Shown piece by piece: positions 51,248-61,430 of a stretch of DNA of 64,000 bases. The stretch's first letter is position 1, and every line of letters begins with the position of its first letter. The notes under the pieces were generated by a model. That model was not told where the DNA came from. It saw only the letters and a list, made by a program, of their open reading frames with translations, and did not search any database. The position numbers and the translations under genes are program-made. This DNA is from an uncultured Gemmatimonadales bacterium (lineage in GTDB: Bacteria; Gemmatimonadota; Gemmatimonadetes; Longimicrobiales; RSA9): positions 256,001-320,000 of the forward strand of contig CAWCRS010000009.1 in assembly GCA_963798085.1 (NCBI GenBank). The letters run 5' to 3'.

Positions 51248-53989
51248 TCACTCGGCCTTTCGCAACGCAACCAGCGGATCCAGTCGCGCCGCCTGCAGCG
51301 CGGGCAGCAGACAGGCGAGCAGCGCGATGGAGAGCACGAGCGCAGTGACCGCGGCGTAGGTCAGCGGATCGCGCGTATGGACGCCATACAGCAGCGAGCC
51401 CAGAACACGCGTTGTCGCCAATGCACCGAGCAGCCCGGCGGCGATGCCGCCGAGCATCAGCGCAACGTTCTGACGCAGGATCATCCAGGTCACGCCGCGC
51501 GGCCGCGCACCCACGGCCATGCGCACGCCGATCTCGGCAGTGCGCCGGCTCACGCCGCAGGAAATCACGCCGTAGATGCCGATCACGCCCAGCATCATGG
51601 CGACCGTCGCGGCAATGAACAGCAGCGTCATCGTGAACGCCATTTGTGCGCGGCCCTGCGCCAGCAGACCGTCCAGCGTGGTGACATGCGCGACCGCGAT
51701 CGCTGGATCCACGGTGGCGACTTCGCGGCGCACTGCATTGAGCACGGACAGCGGGGCGACGGCGGTGCGCACGACGTACGCCAGCTCCTGCGGGCGAGGC
51801 AGCCAGTTGAGCGTATCGACGAGCGGGTAGTAGAGTGATGCGGCCGGCTGCTTCTCGGTCAGCGACAACGCCGGCAGATTCGGCACCACGCCCACGACGG
51901 TGAACCAGGGCATCCCGGTTCCACCGGTTTCGGGCGCCACGCGCTGTCCGACCGGGTCCTCGCCCGGGAAATAGCGGTCTGCGAGCGCGCAGTCGATCAC
52001 CACTGCGCCGCTGCGCTGCTCGAGATCCGCGCGCTCCAGCACGCGGCCGGCGATCGCGTGAATGCCCATGGTCTCGAACCAGCCCGGCGCCACACGACGC
52101 ATGGATACCATGGGCCGGATCTCGGAAGACGGCGCGGGTTTGCCCTGTACCGCGATGGGGTCCCAGAAGCAAAGGCCATCGAGCGGCAGACACGTCGAAC
52201 CGGAGACGGAGCGCACGCCCGGCAGCGCCGCAATGCGCTGCATGATGCGATCGTGCGTGTCGGCAACGCGCGTGACATCGGCGTACCCGGGGCCGGCCAG
52301 ACCAATGCGGAAAACGAGTGCGTCTTCCGTCTGGAAGCCGGGATTCTGGTTCCTCAGCGCACGGAAGCTCCGGATCATCAGCCCGGAGCCCACCAGCAGT
52401 ACCAGCGCCAGCGCCACCTGACCGGCCATTAGCAGATGTCGTGCGCGCATGCGCGGCGCCGACGCGGTCAGGGCGCGGCCACCTTCGTGCAGCACGGGCG
52501 CCAGCGCGCGCTGCCGCCGCGCCAGCGGCAGCAGCGCGAAGAGCAGCGTGCTGAGCAGCGCCAGGCATACACTGAAGCCCAGCACGACGATGTCCAGACG
52601 CACCTCGTGCAGCCTTGGCAGATCGCGCGGGCCGTAGCGTGCGAGCAGGCGCACACCCAGCCAGGCGCCGCCCAGACCGAGCGCTGCGCCCGCGCCGCTC
52701 AGCAATGCGCTCTCTGCGGCGTAGAACATCATGATGCCTCGCCGGCCCGCGCCCAGAGCGCGGCGCACGGCATCTTCGCGCTGCCGCCTCTCGGAACGCA
52801 CCAGGAACAGGTTGGCGACATTGGCGCACGCCACGAGCAGCACGATGCCCACCGCCGCCAGCAGGATCCAGAGTGTGCGCTGCACGGCGCCGCCCACCAC
52901 GTGCTCGAGCAGCGGCACGGGTTGCGCCGCCAGCCCGGCTTTCTTCAGGATGTCGGTAACAGGGCGTTTGTCCGGGTAGATCTCCGGCAGCTGTGCGATC
53001 AGGTGGTCCAGGTCGGTGCGCACGTCGGCGAGGGACACGCCCGGCCGCAGTCGGGCCACGCCATCGTAGCCGAACCCCAGCACGCGCGGGTTGGCTGCGT
53101 CGATCACGGCGGGGACGTAGATGTCCGTGCGCGGATCAGGAAAATCGAACGCGGGCGGCATAACACCGATCACCTGGCTGGCGCCGCCATTCAGGATGAC
53201 ATTGCGGCCGATGATGCCGGGGTCGCCGCCGTAGCGCCGCAGCCAGAGACCGTGGCTGAGAACCACCACGCGGTCGCCATCGGGCGTGCCCTCCCGTTCG
53301 TCGAACCAGCGGCCCAGCCGCGGCGACACCTGCAGCACATGGGTCAGGGAGGGCGTGGCGAACGTCATGCGCACGCGCTGCGCGCTGCCGTTGTCGCTGA
53401 GCGTGCCTTCCCCGGAGGGATAGAGGGCCACGCTCTCCAGCGTGCGGCTGTGCCGCGCGTAGTGCAGGTACAGGCCCTCCGTCATGTTGACATCGGTCTG
53501 GCCCGGGAAACCGGGCGCCGAGTGCCCCAGCCAGACCAGTTGCTCCGAGCCGGGCCACGGCAGCGGCCGCAGCACTACCCGGTACACCACGCTGAAAATC
53601 GCGATGTTCGCGCCCAGTGCTAACGCAAGTGTCAGCACAGTGGCCAGTGTGAACGCAGGACTGCGCGCCAGCCGTCGCAGCGCATGGCGAAGTTCGCGTG
53701 CGCTGGCCCGTACCATCGAATCGTGCGTTCCGCCGGATCGCGGCTGACGCCGTCGGCCGCGTCGTCGCTCCCGCCATGCGGAGAGCAGCACGGCGCCCAG
53801 CTCGCGCGCCCAGAAGCGCAGCCGCCCGATGGCCGCGCGCTCTTCACCAATGCGTTGTGCCATCATTGCTTCCATCGCGGATTGGTATTCTTCCAGGAAC
53901 GGGCGGGGGTGCAGCGCGAGGACGCGCAGCCACGCATGGTGCGCGGCGCGCTCGAGTGCGTTCTGCGCGCGGCCGTGCGGCGCGCTCAC
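51248..53989 (-). CDS. ADOP-type ABC permease with extra N-terminal module
   Basis: VLALHPRPFLEEY prefix, [18 protein letters not shown] and DPLVALRKAE. Confidence 0.93.
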   Translation of the reverse strand: MSAPHGRAQNALERAAHHAWLRVLALHPRPFLEEYQSAMEAMMAQRIGEERAAIGRLRFWARELGAVLLSAWRERRRGRRRQPRSGGTHDSMVRASARELRHALRRLARSPAFTLATVLTLALALGANIAIFSVVYRVVLRPLPWPGSEQLVWLGHSAPGFPGQTDVNMTEGLYLHYARHSRTLESVALYPSGEGTLSDNGSAQRVRMTFATPSLTHVLQVSPRLGRWFDEREGTPDGDRVVVLSHGLWLRRYGGDPGIIGRNVILNGGASQVIGVMPPAFDFPDPRTDIYVPAVIDAANPRVLGFGYDGVARLRPGVSLADVRTDLDHLIAQLPEIYPDKRPVTDILKKAGLAAQPVPLLEHVVGGAVQRTLWILLAAVGIVLLVACANVANLFLVRSERRQREDAVRRALGAGRRGIMMFYAAESALLSGAGAALGLGGAWLGVRLLARYGPRDLPRLHEVRLDIVVLGFSVCLALLSTLLFALLPLARRQRALAPVLHEGGRALTASAPRMRARHLLMAGQVALALVLLVGSGLMIRSFRALRNQNPGFQTEDALVFRIGLAGPGYADVTRVADTHDRIMQRIAALPGVRSVSGSTCLPLDGLCFWDPIAVQGKPAPSSEIRPMVSMRRVAPGWFETMGIHAIAGRVLERADLEQRSGAVVIDCALADRYFPGEDPVGQRVAPETGGTGMPWFTVVGVVPNLPALSLTEKQPAASLYYPLVDTLNWLPRPQELAYVVRTAVAPLSVLNAVRREVATVDPAIAVAHVTTLDGLLAQGRAQMAFTMTLLFIAATVAMMLGVIGIYGVISCGVSRRTAEIGVRMAVGARPRGVTWMILRQNVALMLGGIAAGLLGALATTRVLGSLLYGVHTRDPLTYAAVTALVLSIALLACLLPALQAARLDPLVALRKAE

Positions 53990-54035
53990 GAGCCCCCGCC
54001 TTCCGTTTCCGTGCGCAGCGAAGGCATCGCGTGGC

Positions 54036-56753
54036 TCAATCGCGTTGCAGCGCGCTGAGCGGATCCAGCCGCGCGGCCCGTCTCGCGGGCAGCCAGCACG
54101 CGCCCAGCGCCATGAGCAGAACCAGCACCGTCACCGCGAACCAGGTCGCGGGATCGTGCGCGCCCACGCGAAACAGCAGTACCGCGATCAGGCGCGACGA
54201 AGCCAGCCCGCACAGGAGACCCGCCGCAATCCCGACCGATGTGATGGCGGCACCCTGGCGCAGGATCATGCCGGCGACAGCGCGCGGCTCGGCGCCCAGG
54301 GCCAGACGAACGCCGATCTCGCTCGCGCGCTGACTCACGCCGTACGCCATGACACCGTAAATGCCAACCAGGCCGAGCAGCAGAGCCATGCCGGCGGCAG
54401 TGGCCAGCAGGATCTGTTCGAAGGTCCACTGCGCGCGCGCGCCCGACAGCACATCCGAGAGCGGTTCCGCGAGAGCCACGCTCATGGCCGGCTCCGTCTC
54501 GCGCACCGCAGCCCGCACACTGTTCAGCAGTGATGCTGCAGGCGAAGCGGTGCGCAGCACGAAGGACATCACCTGCAGCAACGGACCTGTGTCCTGATCG
54601 GAGAGCGGGAAATACACGGTGGCGTCGGCGCTGTCTCGGAGCGACAGCCCCGGCGTGTTGTCGACCACACCCACGACCGTGAACCAGTGCGGGTCCCTCT
54701 CCTCATCGTCCGGATAGATCCGCTGGCCCACGGGATCGAGCCTCGCGAAAAAGCGGTCGGCAAGCGCGCGATTGATGACCACGGCGTTCGTCGCACCGTT
54801 GTCATCCTGTGGTCCGAGGAAGCGACCCGCGCGCAGGCGCATGCCCAGAACCTCGAAGAAACCGGAGGCCACACGACGCATGGCGACCACGCGCGGCGAG
54901 GCGCCCGCGGGCAGCGGCTGATCCGCGATCTGCAGCGCATCGTTGTAGGCGCACGGGCCGAGCGGCGGACACGTGGTCGCGGTTGCCAGACGCACGCCGG
55001 GCAACGCACGCAGCCGGTCGAGCACGCGCGCATCGCTCGCCGCCGCGCGCAGCCTGGCCTCGTGACTGAACTGGTTCGACTGCTGCAGGTGCGTGCGCAC
55101 CAGCACCGCTTCGCTCGCGTCGAAGCCCAGATCCATGCGCAGCAGCTTCAGGAAACTGCGTGTCAGCAGACCGGATGCCAGCAGCAGCACCAGCACCATC
55201 GCCACCTGTGCGCCCATCAGCACGTGGCGCACACGCATGTGCGACCGGCTGGTGGTGGCGCCGCGACCCCCCTCGCGCAGCGCCAGCGCCGACCATCGGC
55301 CCAGGCGCAGCATGGGCAGCAGGCTCAGGAACGATCCCGCCAGCACGGTGAGCAATGCGGTCAATGCGACGACGCCCGCGTCCACGCGCACTTCGTCGAG
55401 ACGCGGCAGGTCGCGCGGACCGACGGCGAGCAGCACGTGCACAGCGCCATAGCCGAGCAGCAGGCCCGCACCGCCGCTGATCAGGGAGAGCCAGGCGCTC
55501 TCTGCCAGAAAGGAGAGAGCTACGCCTGTCCGTCCCGCACCCAGCGCGCGACGCACGGCCACTTCCCGCCGCCTCGCCTCCGCTCGCACCAGAAACAGGT
55601 TGGCGACATTGGCACAGCCCACGAGCAGCACGATGGCGACTGCGCCCAGCAGCACCCACAGCACGCTCGCAATGCTGCCAACAACGTGTTGTCTGAGCGT
55701 CACCGCGACCGAGCGCAGGCGCAGCGGGCCCAGGAACTCCGCGATGTCGGCATTGCCGGGAAACGCGGCGGGCAGACCCGCGATGAGCCGGTCCACCTCC
55801 GCGCGCAACTCGGCCACCGTGACCCCGGGCGCCATGCGCGCCACCGCCTTGTAGTTGAGGCCGCGCATGCGCAGGTTCGCGGTGTCCAGGCGAAGCGGCA
55901 CGTACAACGCCGACTGCGCATCAGGGAATGCGAAGCCGGGGGGCATGACGCCAATGATCTCGCACGCGCCCACACCGGTACGCAGTGTCCGCCCGAGCAC
56001 CGCCGGATCGCTGCCCATCTGCTGCACCCACTCGCCATGGCTCAGCACCACCACGCATGGCTCGCCATTGCGCTGCACGCCCTCCGCGTCGCTGAACCAG
56101 CGGCCCAGCCGGGGTGTCACGCGCAGCACCCGCCCCAGCGAGGGCGAGGCAAACACCGCGTTAACGCGCCGCACATCGCTCTGGCCGGCCACAGCCAGTT
56201 CGCCCGACTGGTACAGGGCCAGATCCTCGAGCGTGTGCGCGTTGCGGTGAAGATGCCAGGCCAGCGCCTCCGACAGGGGCACGCCCGCTTCCATGCGCAG
56301 GCCGGGCGCGGCCAGGTCCAGGTAGACGATGCGATCGGATGCGGGATAGGGGAGGGGCTCGAGCAGCACACGCCGCACCAGCGTGTAGATCGCCGCGTTG
56401 GCGGCCAGCGCCAGGGCGAGCGTCAGCCCCGCCGCCAGGCTGAAGGCAGGCGAGCGCAGCAGTCGGCGCGCGGCGAAGCGCAGCTCCAGCGCCAGCCGCC
56501 CCGCGCCACCGCCACGGCGAGGGCCACGCGCAGGCAATGTCGCTGCACCCGCCGCCTGACCCACGAGACGGCGCAACCCCGCGCCCACAGCGCTCATCAG
56601 CTCGCGCGACCAGAGTCGCAGTACGCGACCACCGCCCGTGGCTCGCGCTTCGTCCAGACGGCGCACGAACATCTCGTGCATGGCATCGCCATACGCTTCG
56701 CGGAGTTCCCGCGGATAGAAGCGCAGCAGCAGCAGCCAGAGGCGGGGACGCAT
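54036..56753 (-). CDS. ADOP-type ABC permease with extra N-terminal module
   Basis: LLRFYPRELREAYG prefix, ELRFAARRL, VGCANVANL and DPLSAL. Confidence 0.93.
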   Translation of the reverse strand: MRPRLWLLLLRFYPRELREAYGDAMHEMFVRRLDEARATGGGRVLRLWSRELMSAVGAGLRRLVGQAAGAATLPARGPRRGGGAGRLALELRFAARRLLRSPAFSLAAGLTLALALAANAAIYTLVRRVLLEPLPYPASDRIVYLDLAAPGLRMEAGVPLSEALAWHLHRNAHTLEDLALYQSGELAVAGQSDVRRVNAVFASPSLGRVLRVTPRLGRWFSDAEGVQRNGEPCVVVLSHGEWVQQMGSDPAVLGRTLRTGVGACEIIGVMPPGFAFPDAQSALYVPLRLDTANLRMRGLNYKAVARMAPGVTVAELRAEVDRLIAGLPAAFPGNADIAEFLGPLRLRSVAVTLRQHVVGSIASVLWVLLGAVAIVLLVGCANVANLFLVRAEARRREVAVRRALGAGRTGVALSFLAESAWLSLISGGAGLLLGYGAVHVLLAVGPRDLPRLDEVRVDAGVVALTALLTVLAGSFLSLLPMLRLGRWSALALREGGRGATTSRSHMRVRHVLMGAQVAMVLVLLLASGLLTRSFLKLLRMDLGFDASEAVLVRTHLQQSNQFSHEARLRAAASDARVLDRLRALPGVRLATATTCPPLGPCAYNDALQIADQPLPAGASPRVVAMRRVASGFFEVLGMRLRAGRFLGPQDDNGATNAVVINRALADRFFARLDPVGQRIYPDDEERDPHWFTVVGVVDNTPGLSLRDSADATVYFPLSDQDTGPLLQVMSFVLRTASPAASLLNSVRAAVRETEPAMSVALAEPLSDVLSGARAQWTFEQILLATAAGMALLLGLVGIYGVMAYGVSQRASEIGVRLALGAEPRAVAGMILRQGAAITSVGIAAGLLCGLASSRLIAVLLFRVGAHDPATWFAVTVLVLLMALGACWLPARRAARLDPLSALQRD

Positions 56754-56756
56754 GCG

Positions 56757-59522
56757 CTACTCCGCGCGCAACGCGGTGGCGGGATCCAGTCGGGCGGCGC
56801 GCCTCGCCGGCAGCCAGCAGGCCAGCAGAGCGACTGCGAACAGGATGGCACTGACGCGCAGATAGGTGACCGGATCGTGCGCGCTCACGCGGAACAGCAG
56901 CGCATTCATCAGGCGACTCGTGGCAACCGAAGCCGCGAGTCCGATGAACAGACCCGACAACACGACTGCCGTTCCCTGACGCACGATCATGCGACTCACG
57001 TCGCCCGGCCGCGCGCCCAGCGCCAGGCGCACGCCGATCTCGCTGCGACGCTGGCTCACGGCGTAGGAAATCACGCCGTAGACGCCCACCAGGCCGAGCA
57101 GCAGCGCCACGCTGGCGGCGATCGCCAGCAGCGCCAGCGTGAAGGCCGCCTGCGCGCGCGCCTCACCCAGGCTGTCCTCCAGCGTGCGCACGCGCGCCAG
57201 CGGGACGCGCGCATCGATGGCCTGCAGCTCGTGCTGTACCGCGTCCACGAGCGACAGCGGTGGCACGGCCGTGCGCACGACGTAGCCCATGCTGGTGATC
57301 GATGGCCCTTCATTCGAGCCGTCGCGCAGCGGAAAGTAGAGAATGCCCACCGGCTGGCTCTCGGTCAGCGTGGTCGTCGCCGTGTTGCCGACCACGCCCA
57401 CCACCGTGAACCATGCCGGGCTGGTGGCGCCGATGTCCGGGAAAATGCGCTGCCCGATGGGGTCCCGGCCCGCAAAATAGAGGTTGGCGAGCGCCTGGTT
57501 GATGACCACGGCGCGCGTGGCATGATCCTCGTCGCCGGACTCGAAGGCGCGCCCGCGCAGCACGCGCGTCCCCATGGCGGAGAAATAACCCGCTGTTACC
57601 CGGCGCATGGCAATGACGGGCGGAATCTCGCCCTGGCGCAGCACCACGCCGTCGACCTTCATCGGGTCGCCCCAGCAGAATCCATCCAGGGGCAGGCAGG
57701 TTGCTGCCGCCGCCGAACGCACACCGGGCAGCGACCGCAGGTGCTCCAGCAGCGTGTGGTGCAGCAGGGCCTCGCGGTCGCGGTCGCGGGCCGGATAATC
57801 GTGTTCCGGCAGACCCACCTCGAAGACCAGTGCACTGTTCGCGTCGAAGCCTGGATCCTGATGCCGGATCTGCAGGAAGCTCTTCGCCATCAGACCGCAC
57901 GCCACGAGCAGCAGCGCAGCCAGCGCCATCTGTCCCGCGATCAGGAAATGACGCAGGCGCATGCGCTGGCGACTCGTCGTGTTGGCGCGGCCCGCCTCGC
58001 GCAGCGATGCCGACTCCGCACGGCCGCTCGCCACGCGCATCAGCGCCGCCGTCGCAAACACCACGGTGCAGGCCAGCGCCAGCAGGGCGGCAAAGACGAA
58101 GATGACCAGGTCCAGGTGCACTTCGTGCAGCCGCGGCAGTCCCGCGGGACCGTGGCGCACGAGCAGCTTCACAGCCAGCTGCGCTACCCCCATGCCCAGC
58201 AGCCACGCGCCCAGCGACAGCAGCGCGCTCTCCGCGAGGAAATGCAGGGCAATGCCTCGCCGGCCGGCGCCCAGCGCACGCCGCACCGCGACCTCACGCG
58301 ACCGTGCCTCGGCGCGCACCAGGAAGAGATTCGCAACGTTGCCGCACGCCACCAGCAGCACGATCGCGACGGACCCGAGCAGCAGCCACAGCGTGCGCTC
58401 GATGCTGCCCGTGATCTGCTGTTTCAGCGGAATTGCGGTCGAGTGCATGTGCGCATCACGCGTGATGGCGATGGCGGTGGGATTGCCCGGATGGGCGCCG
58501 GCGAACGTCGCGATCGCGCGGTCCACATCGGTGCGCACATCCGCAACGGTCATTCCCGGTTTCATGCGCGCTACGCCCACCCAGTTGAAGCCGCCCACAC
58601 GCGGATTGGCGGTGTCGTACACGGCCGGTATCCACAGATCCGTAGCGGGATCCGGAAACGCGAACGACGCCGACATCACACCCACGACTTCGTGCGGCAT
58701 GCCGTTCACCAGGATCGACTGCCCCAGCACATCGGTCCTGCCGGCGAAACGCCGCTGCCAGAGCCCATGACTCAGCACCACGACTGCGGGCGAGCCGGGC
58801 GTGCCCTCACTCGACTGGAACCAGCGACCCAGCTGCGGCTGCGATCGCAATACGCGCAGCAGTGTGGGCGTCGCCGTGGTGATGCGCAGGCGCTCAGGCT
58901 CCCCGCCCGCCTGCACCGGATAACTCTGGCTCCAGTACATGGCGATGCTCTCGAGCGTGTGCGTGCGCTGCAGGAAATGCTCGTACAGCGCTTCCGTGAG
59001 GCCCAGACCGGTGGGAATGTTGAGGCCGGGTGCGCCCTGCTCCAGAGCTAACAGCTGGTTGGACTGCGGCCAGGGCAGCGGGCGCAGGACGATGCGGCGC
59101 ACCAGCGTGAAGATCGCGGTGTTCGCGCCCAGGGCCAGACCCAGCGACAGCAGGGCCGCCGCCGTGAAGCCAGGCGAACGCAGCAGGCGGCGCAGAGCGT
59201 GCCGCAGCTCGCGCCTCAGTGAATCGCGTGCCCGGGCGCCGCGCGGCTGACCGGGCTCCCCCGCCTGGCGCGTTTGGCCGCCCCGCTCGCGCACCGCGGA
59301 GTTCAGCAGTCCCAGCGACTCGCGCAGCCAGAGCCGCAGCGTGGCGCGCCGCCCTTGGCGGCGCGCGTCCGCCATGCGCGCCACGAACGTTTCCTCCATG
59401 GCTGTAGCGTATTCCTCGCGAAACGAGAGCGGGAACAGACGCAGCAGCATGATCCAGGCACGCGGGGCTCGAGGCCGCGTCGTCGCATCCGGCACAGGAC
59501 CGGGGACCCACGCTTCACGCAT
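56757..59522 (-). CDS. ADOP-type ABC permease with extra N-terminal module
   Basis: LLRLFPLSFREEY prefix, ELRHALRRL, VACGNVANL and DPATALRAE. Confidence 0.93.
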   Translation of the reverse strand: MREAWVPGPVPDATTRPRAPRAWIMLLRLFPLSFREEYATAMEETFVARMADARRQGRRATLRLWLRESLGLLNSAVRERGGQTRQAGEPGQPRGARARDSLRRELRHALRRLLRSPGFTAAALLSLGLALGANTAIFTLVRRIVLRPLPWPQSNQLLALEQGAPGLNIPTGLGLTEALYEHFLQRTHTLESIAMYWSQSYPVQAGGEPERLRITTATPTLLRVLRSQPQLGRWFQSSEGTPGSPAVVVLSHGLWQRRFAGRTDVLGQSILVNGMPHEVVGVMSASFAFPDPATDLWIPAVYDTANPRVGGFNWVGVARMKPGMTVADVRTDVDRAIATFAGAHPGNPTAIAITRDAHMHSTAIPLKQQITGSIERTLWLLLGSVAIVLLVACGNVANLFLVRAEARSREVAVRRALGAGRRGIALHFLAESALLSLGAWLLGMGVAQLAVKLLVRHGPAGLPRLHEVHLDLVIFVFAALLALACTVVFATAALMRVASGRAESASLREAGRANTTSRQRMRLRHFLIAGQMALAALLLVACGLMAKSFLQIRHQDPGFDANSALVFEVGLPEHDYPARDRDREALLHHTLLEHLRSLPGVRSAAAATCLPLDGFCWGDPMKVDGVVLRQGEIPPVIAMRRVTAGYFSAMGTRVLRGRAFESGDEDHATRAVVINQALANLYFAGRDPIGQRIFPDIGATSPAWFTVVGVVGNTATTTLTESQPVGILYFPLRDGSNEGPSITSMGYVVRTAVPPLSLVDAVQHELQAIDARVPLARVRTLEDSLGEARAQAAFTLALLAIAASVALLLGLVGVYGVISYAVSQRRSEIGVRLALGARPGDVSRMIVRQGTAVVLSGLFIGLAASVATSRLMNALLFRVSAHDPVTYLRVSAILFAVALLACWLPARRAARLDPATALRAE

Positions 59523-59532
59523 CGTACTTGCC

Positions 59533-59901
59533 CTACGCGCCCGTGCGCGCCGCCGAGGGATACAGCTTCTTCTCGCGTGCCGCCGACACGAGCGCCTCCA
59601 GCCGCTCCGCCTCCTGCGATGCCGCGCGGCGACCCGCGGGCGTGAGCTGGAAGTATTTGCGACGCGCGTCGGGCGACGGCTCCGGTGGCTTCTTCACGGC
59701 CGCGATGAGGCCGTCATCCGCCAGGCGCTTGAGCGCCTGATAGAGCGCGCCCGTGGTGGGATCCAGTCGCCCGGCCGATCGCGCCTGCACTTCCTTGCCA
59801 ATGGCGTAGCCGTGCGAGGGGCCCTCCCCCAGCGCGAGCAGGATATGGAACGCCAGGTCGCCGAGAAGGGGCGGTTGTGGTGCGCTGCTGCGAGGCGTCA
59901 T
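59533..59901 (-). CDS. PadR-family transcriptional regulator
   Basis: FHILLALGEGPSHGYAI, TGALYQALKRL and RRKYFQLTPAGR. Confidence 0.93.
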   Translation of the reverse strand: MTPRSSAPQPPLLGDLAFHILLALGEGPSHGYAIGKEVQARSAGRLDPTTGALYQALKRLADDGLIAAVKKPPEPSPDARRKYFQLTPAGRRAASQEAERLEALVSAAREKKLYPSAARTGA

Positions 59902-59919
59902 GGTTCATCCTTTGGGCAG

Positions 59920-59945
59920 TACTATAGTAGTTGACACTATAGTAG
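59920..59945. promoter_or_regulatory. padR operator-like repeat
   Basis: actatagtag at 59921 and 59936 (15-nt period), forming the inverted repeat CTATAGT-N7-ACTATAG. Confidence 0.6.
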
Positions 59946-60151
59946 CCAGGACAGAACCAGCACGCAAGACCGCCGTGCCCCGCGTGGCCGGTACGCGCCA
60001 CAGCCCGCGCATGGGGAGAAAACGAGACGCCGTCGATTGCCCGCGACCGCGCACGGCACTATGGTGCAAACCATGCGCACCGGCACGTTGCCGGTACCGT
60101 GCCGGATGCGGCCGAAGATGGCTGGATGCCTGCGGGAAGGAGCAGAAGAAC

Positions 60152-61232
60152 ATGTCGAGCAAACGGATCATTACGGTTCTGGTGTCCGGGTTCGCAATCG
60201 GGCTGGCGGGTGTCGCGCCGGTTCGCGCGCAGGACGTGCAGTGGTCGACCTGGAGCAAGGTCGACATGGGCGGGTTCCTGGGCACCATGGCAAGGTTTTT
60301 CGGCGGTAAGACAGAACACGTGGACACGACCTATCTCAAGGGCGCGCGCATGCGCTCGAACACCGAGAAGCATGCCAGCATTGTGGACCTCGCCGATGGC
60401 CGCTTCATCGACATTCGACCACGAAGCGAAAACGTACACGGTGCTGACCACGGCGCAGCTGCAGGAGTACATGCAGCAGGCCCAGGCGAAGCAGCGGTCG
60501 GCCATGGCGCAGGCGCAGGCGGAGCAGAAGCAGAAGGAAGCGCAGAAGCCGGCGAATGACTCCGTGAAGACGGAAGTGAAGGTCGACCTGAAGGTGGACC
60601 GGACGGGTGAGAAACAGAAGATCGCGGGCTATGATGCGGAGCGCGTGTTCATGACCGTCACAACCGACGTCACGGTGACGCCGCAGCAGGGCGAGAACGC
60701 GGGCGAGAAGCAGGATGCGGGACGCATGGTGCTGCTCATGGATTCGTGGAACGCGAAGAATGCTCCGCCCGAGCAGGCCATGAAGGCGATGATGGAGAAG
60801 ATGGGACCGGCGGTGCGCCAGCAGAGTCAGAAGTCGGCGGAAGCCGTGCTCGGCATGGTGACGTCGGATCCCAATGCGAAGGATGCCATGGAGAAGGCGC
60901 TGGCGGAGGCGGAGAAGGCCGGCGGCTTCGAGATGAAGGGCACCATGTACGTGGTGCTGGTGCCCGCGGGCATGACCTTCGATCGCCAGCTGGCGCTGGG
61001 CGAAGCCGAGAAGAAGGGCGAAGCGAAGAAGCCCGGTCTGGGCGGGCTGCTCAAGAATGCGCTCGCCAACAAGGAGCCGGAGAAGAAGGAAGAGAAGAGC
61101 GAGCCGCGTCAGGTCACCATGTTCCGCGTGCTCTCCGAGGTGCGCGAGATCAGGACGACCAGCCTGTCGGCATCCATTTTCGAGCCGCCCGCGGGATACA
61201 AGGAGTTGAAGTTCAACCCGGGCACGAGCTGA
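60152..61232 (+). CDS. Secreted protein, DUF4412-like, +1 frameshift at ~60414
   Basis: Signal peptide (VRA-Q) and YLKGARMR. The restored frame gives IDIDHEAKTY, TGEKQKIAGY and FEPPAGYKE. Confidence 0.75.
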
Positions 61233-61430
61233 CGACGCGGGTGAGCGGCGCCGCGTGACGCCGATCCGCATCTGACAGCCTGTTAGGGGCCGGCCCGGCG
61301 CGCGATTGCCGGGCCGGTTCTGTGATGGAACCGCGCCCGCGCCCGCGGCCTGCCCCCGCAGCGGACGGAGCGCTCGCCGGGCGACACGATTGCCCCGCGC
61401 CACGCGTTGCAGGGGAGGCCGGAAACCGGG

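Noticed and set aside
54687..59051. 1454-aa plus-strand ORF and similar long antisense ORFs (e.g. 1535-3193, 3535-5769, 6424-8631, 60405-62309)
   Set aside because: These are shadow frames of real genes on the opposite strand in high-GC DNA. They are His/Arg/Gln-rich and have no motifs.
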